DNA of 64,000 nucleotides from Camelus ferus (lineage: Eukaryota). Positions 63,141 through 64,000 of this stretch are shown piece after piece. The stretch is from assembly GCF_009834535.1 (NCBI RefSeq), contig NC_045696.1:112780001-112844000 (forward strand), read 5' to 3'. Made by a program: the position numbers and the translations under genes. Below the pieces are notes generated by a model. That model was not told the origin of the DNA. It did not search any database and saw only the letters and a program-made list of their open reading frames with translations. The first letter of the stretch is position 1; every line of letters begins with the position of its first letter.

Positions 63141-64000
63141 GCTGTTGTGTTCTGAAGCTATCTTGAAGGAATTTCTACTGCATTGGAGAGGAATTTAAGA
63201 GTGTGAAACTCAGGCTACTTTTTTTTTCCTATTCTAGTTAGTGTTTTTAGACATGAGCTGTCTACACTGGGAGCTTCAGCTTCAGAGGACATCTTCTCTG
63301 CCCATTTAAAATCTATTTTTATGTGGGAACGGGGTAGGGGGTCGGGGGCGGGCAGGCAAGTGGCAGAGGGAAGAGAGGGAAAGCGGTGGGGATTTTTTTT
63401 TTGTTCACTTAAAACAATTTAAAGCAATTGTATCCATTTTGGTGTATTATTATGATCATTATTATTCCATTTTTTACCTTAGGAATCAGAGTTCAGAGGT
63501 TATTATCAATCCAAGTTTTAAAAATGTTTTCACAACAGAATTTCAGATTCATGGGGAATTTTTGCTTCATTTCTGGTTCTAACTTTCAGTGCAATTAAGG
63601 CAAAAGTTTTGAGTTTTGTGAACCCCTTACATTCTGCAGTGTCTGACTTATAGGGAGATTTGGGTTAGAGTGAGTTGAATGGGCGGCGAGAGCACTTGTG
63701 TGGGAGGGACAAGACTCCCGGGGCGCCTGGGACCAGGGACGTTAGGGAGGGTCTGGATGCAGTGAGGAAGAAGAAGCCAGATGGACTTAGCGTTTGAGAG
63801 CAGAGATGCTGCCCTGCTGCTCATTTTCCTAAGAGAGGATCTTCCTGTTTCTTCTTTTCAGAACGTTGAGATGGAAAGCTGGTGTTTATTGGAAGTCACA
63901 GGAAAGTAGAGGGCTTTGTTCAAAACATTTGTTTATGTTCCTAAAAGTTATATTGAGTCCTTTAGGCTCCAGACAGAAATGAGAAAATGTATTACCTAAC

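Overview
Mammalian genomic DNA, most likely camelid: four tRNA-derived vic-1-type SINEs plus young artiodactyl-type L1 3' ends. It is dense in L1, L2, MIR, MaLR/ERV LTRs and hAT DNA transposon remnants, and I find no intact protein-coding gene. The main signal is on the minus strand: more than 20 decayed exons spread over about 0.4-63 kb, many with GT-AG sites and several with matching phases. Their hand translations repeatedly give RGS-domain-like helical motifs and motifs resembling the RGS22/RGSL1 family. I read this as the fossil (unitary pseudogene) of a very large multi-RGS-domain gene. One RGS-like unit is split by an MLT1A-type LTR with a 5-bp TSD. Also present are a duplicated exon, a templated L1 duplication with an inverted tail, an inverted internal LTR fragment and three CTCF-like motifs. 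Family assignments come from remembered consensus sequences, not database searches, and repeat boundaries without TSDs are approximate.
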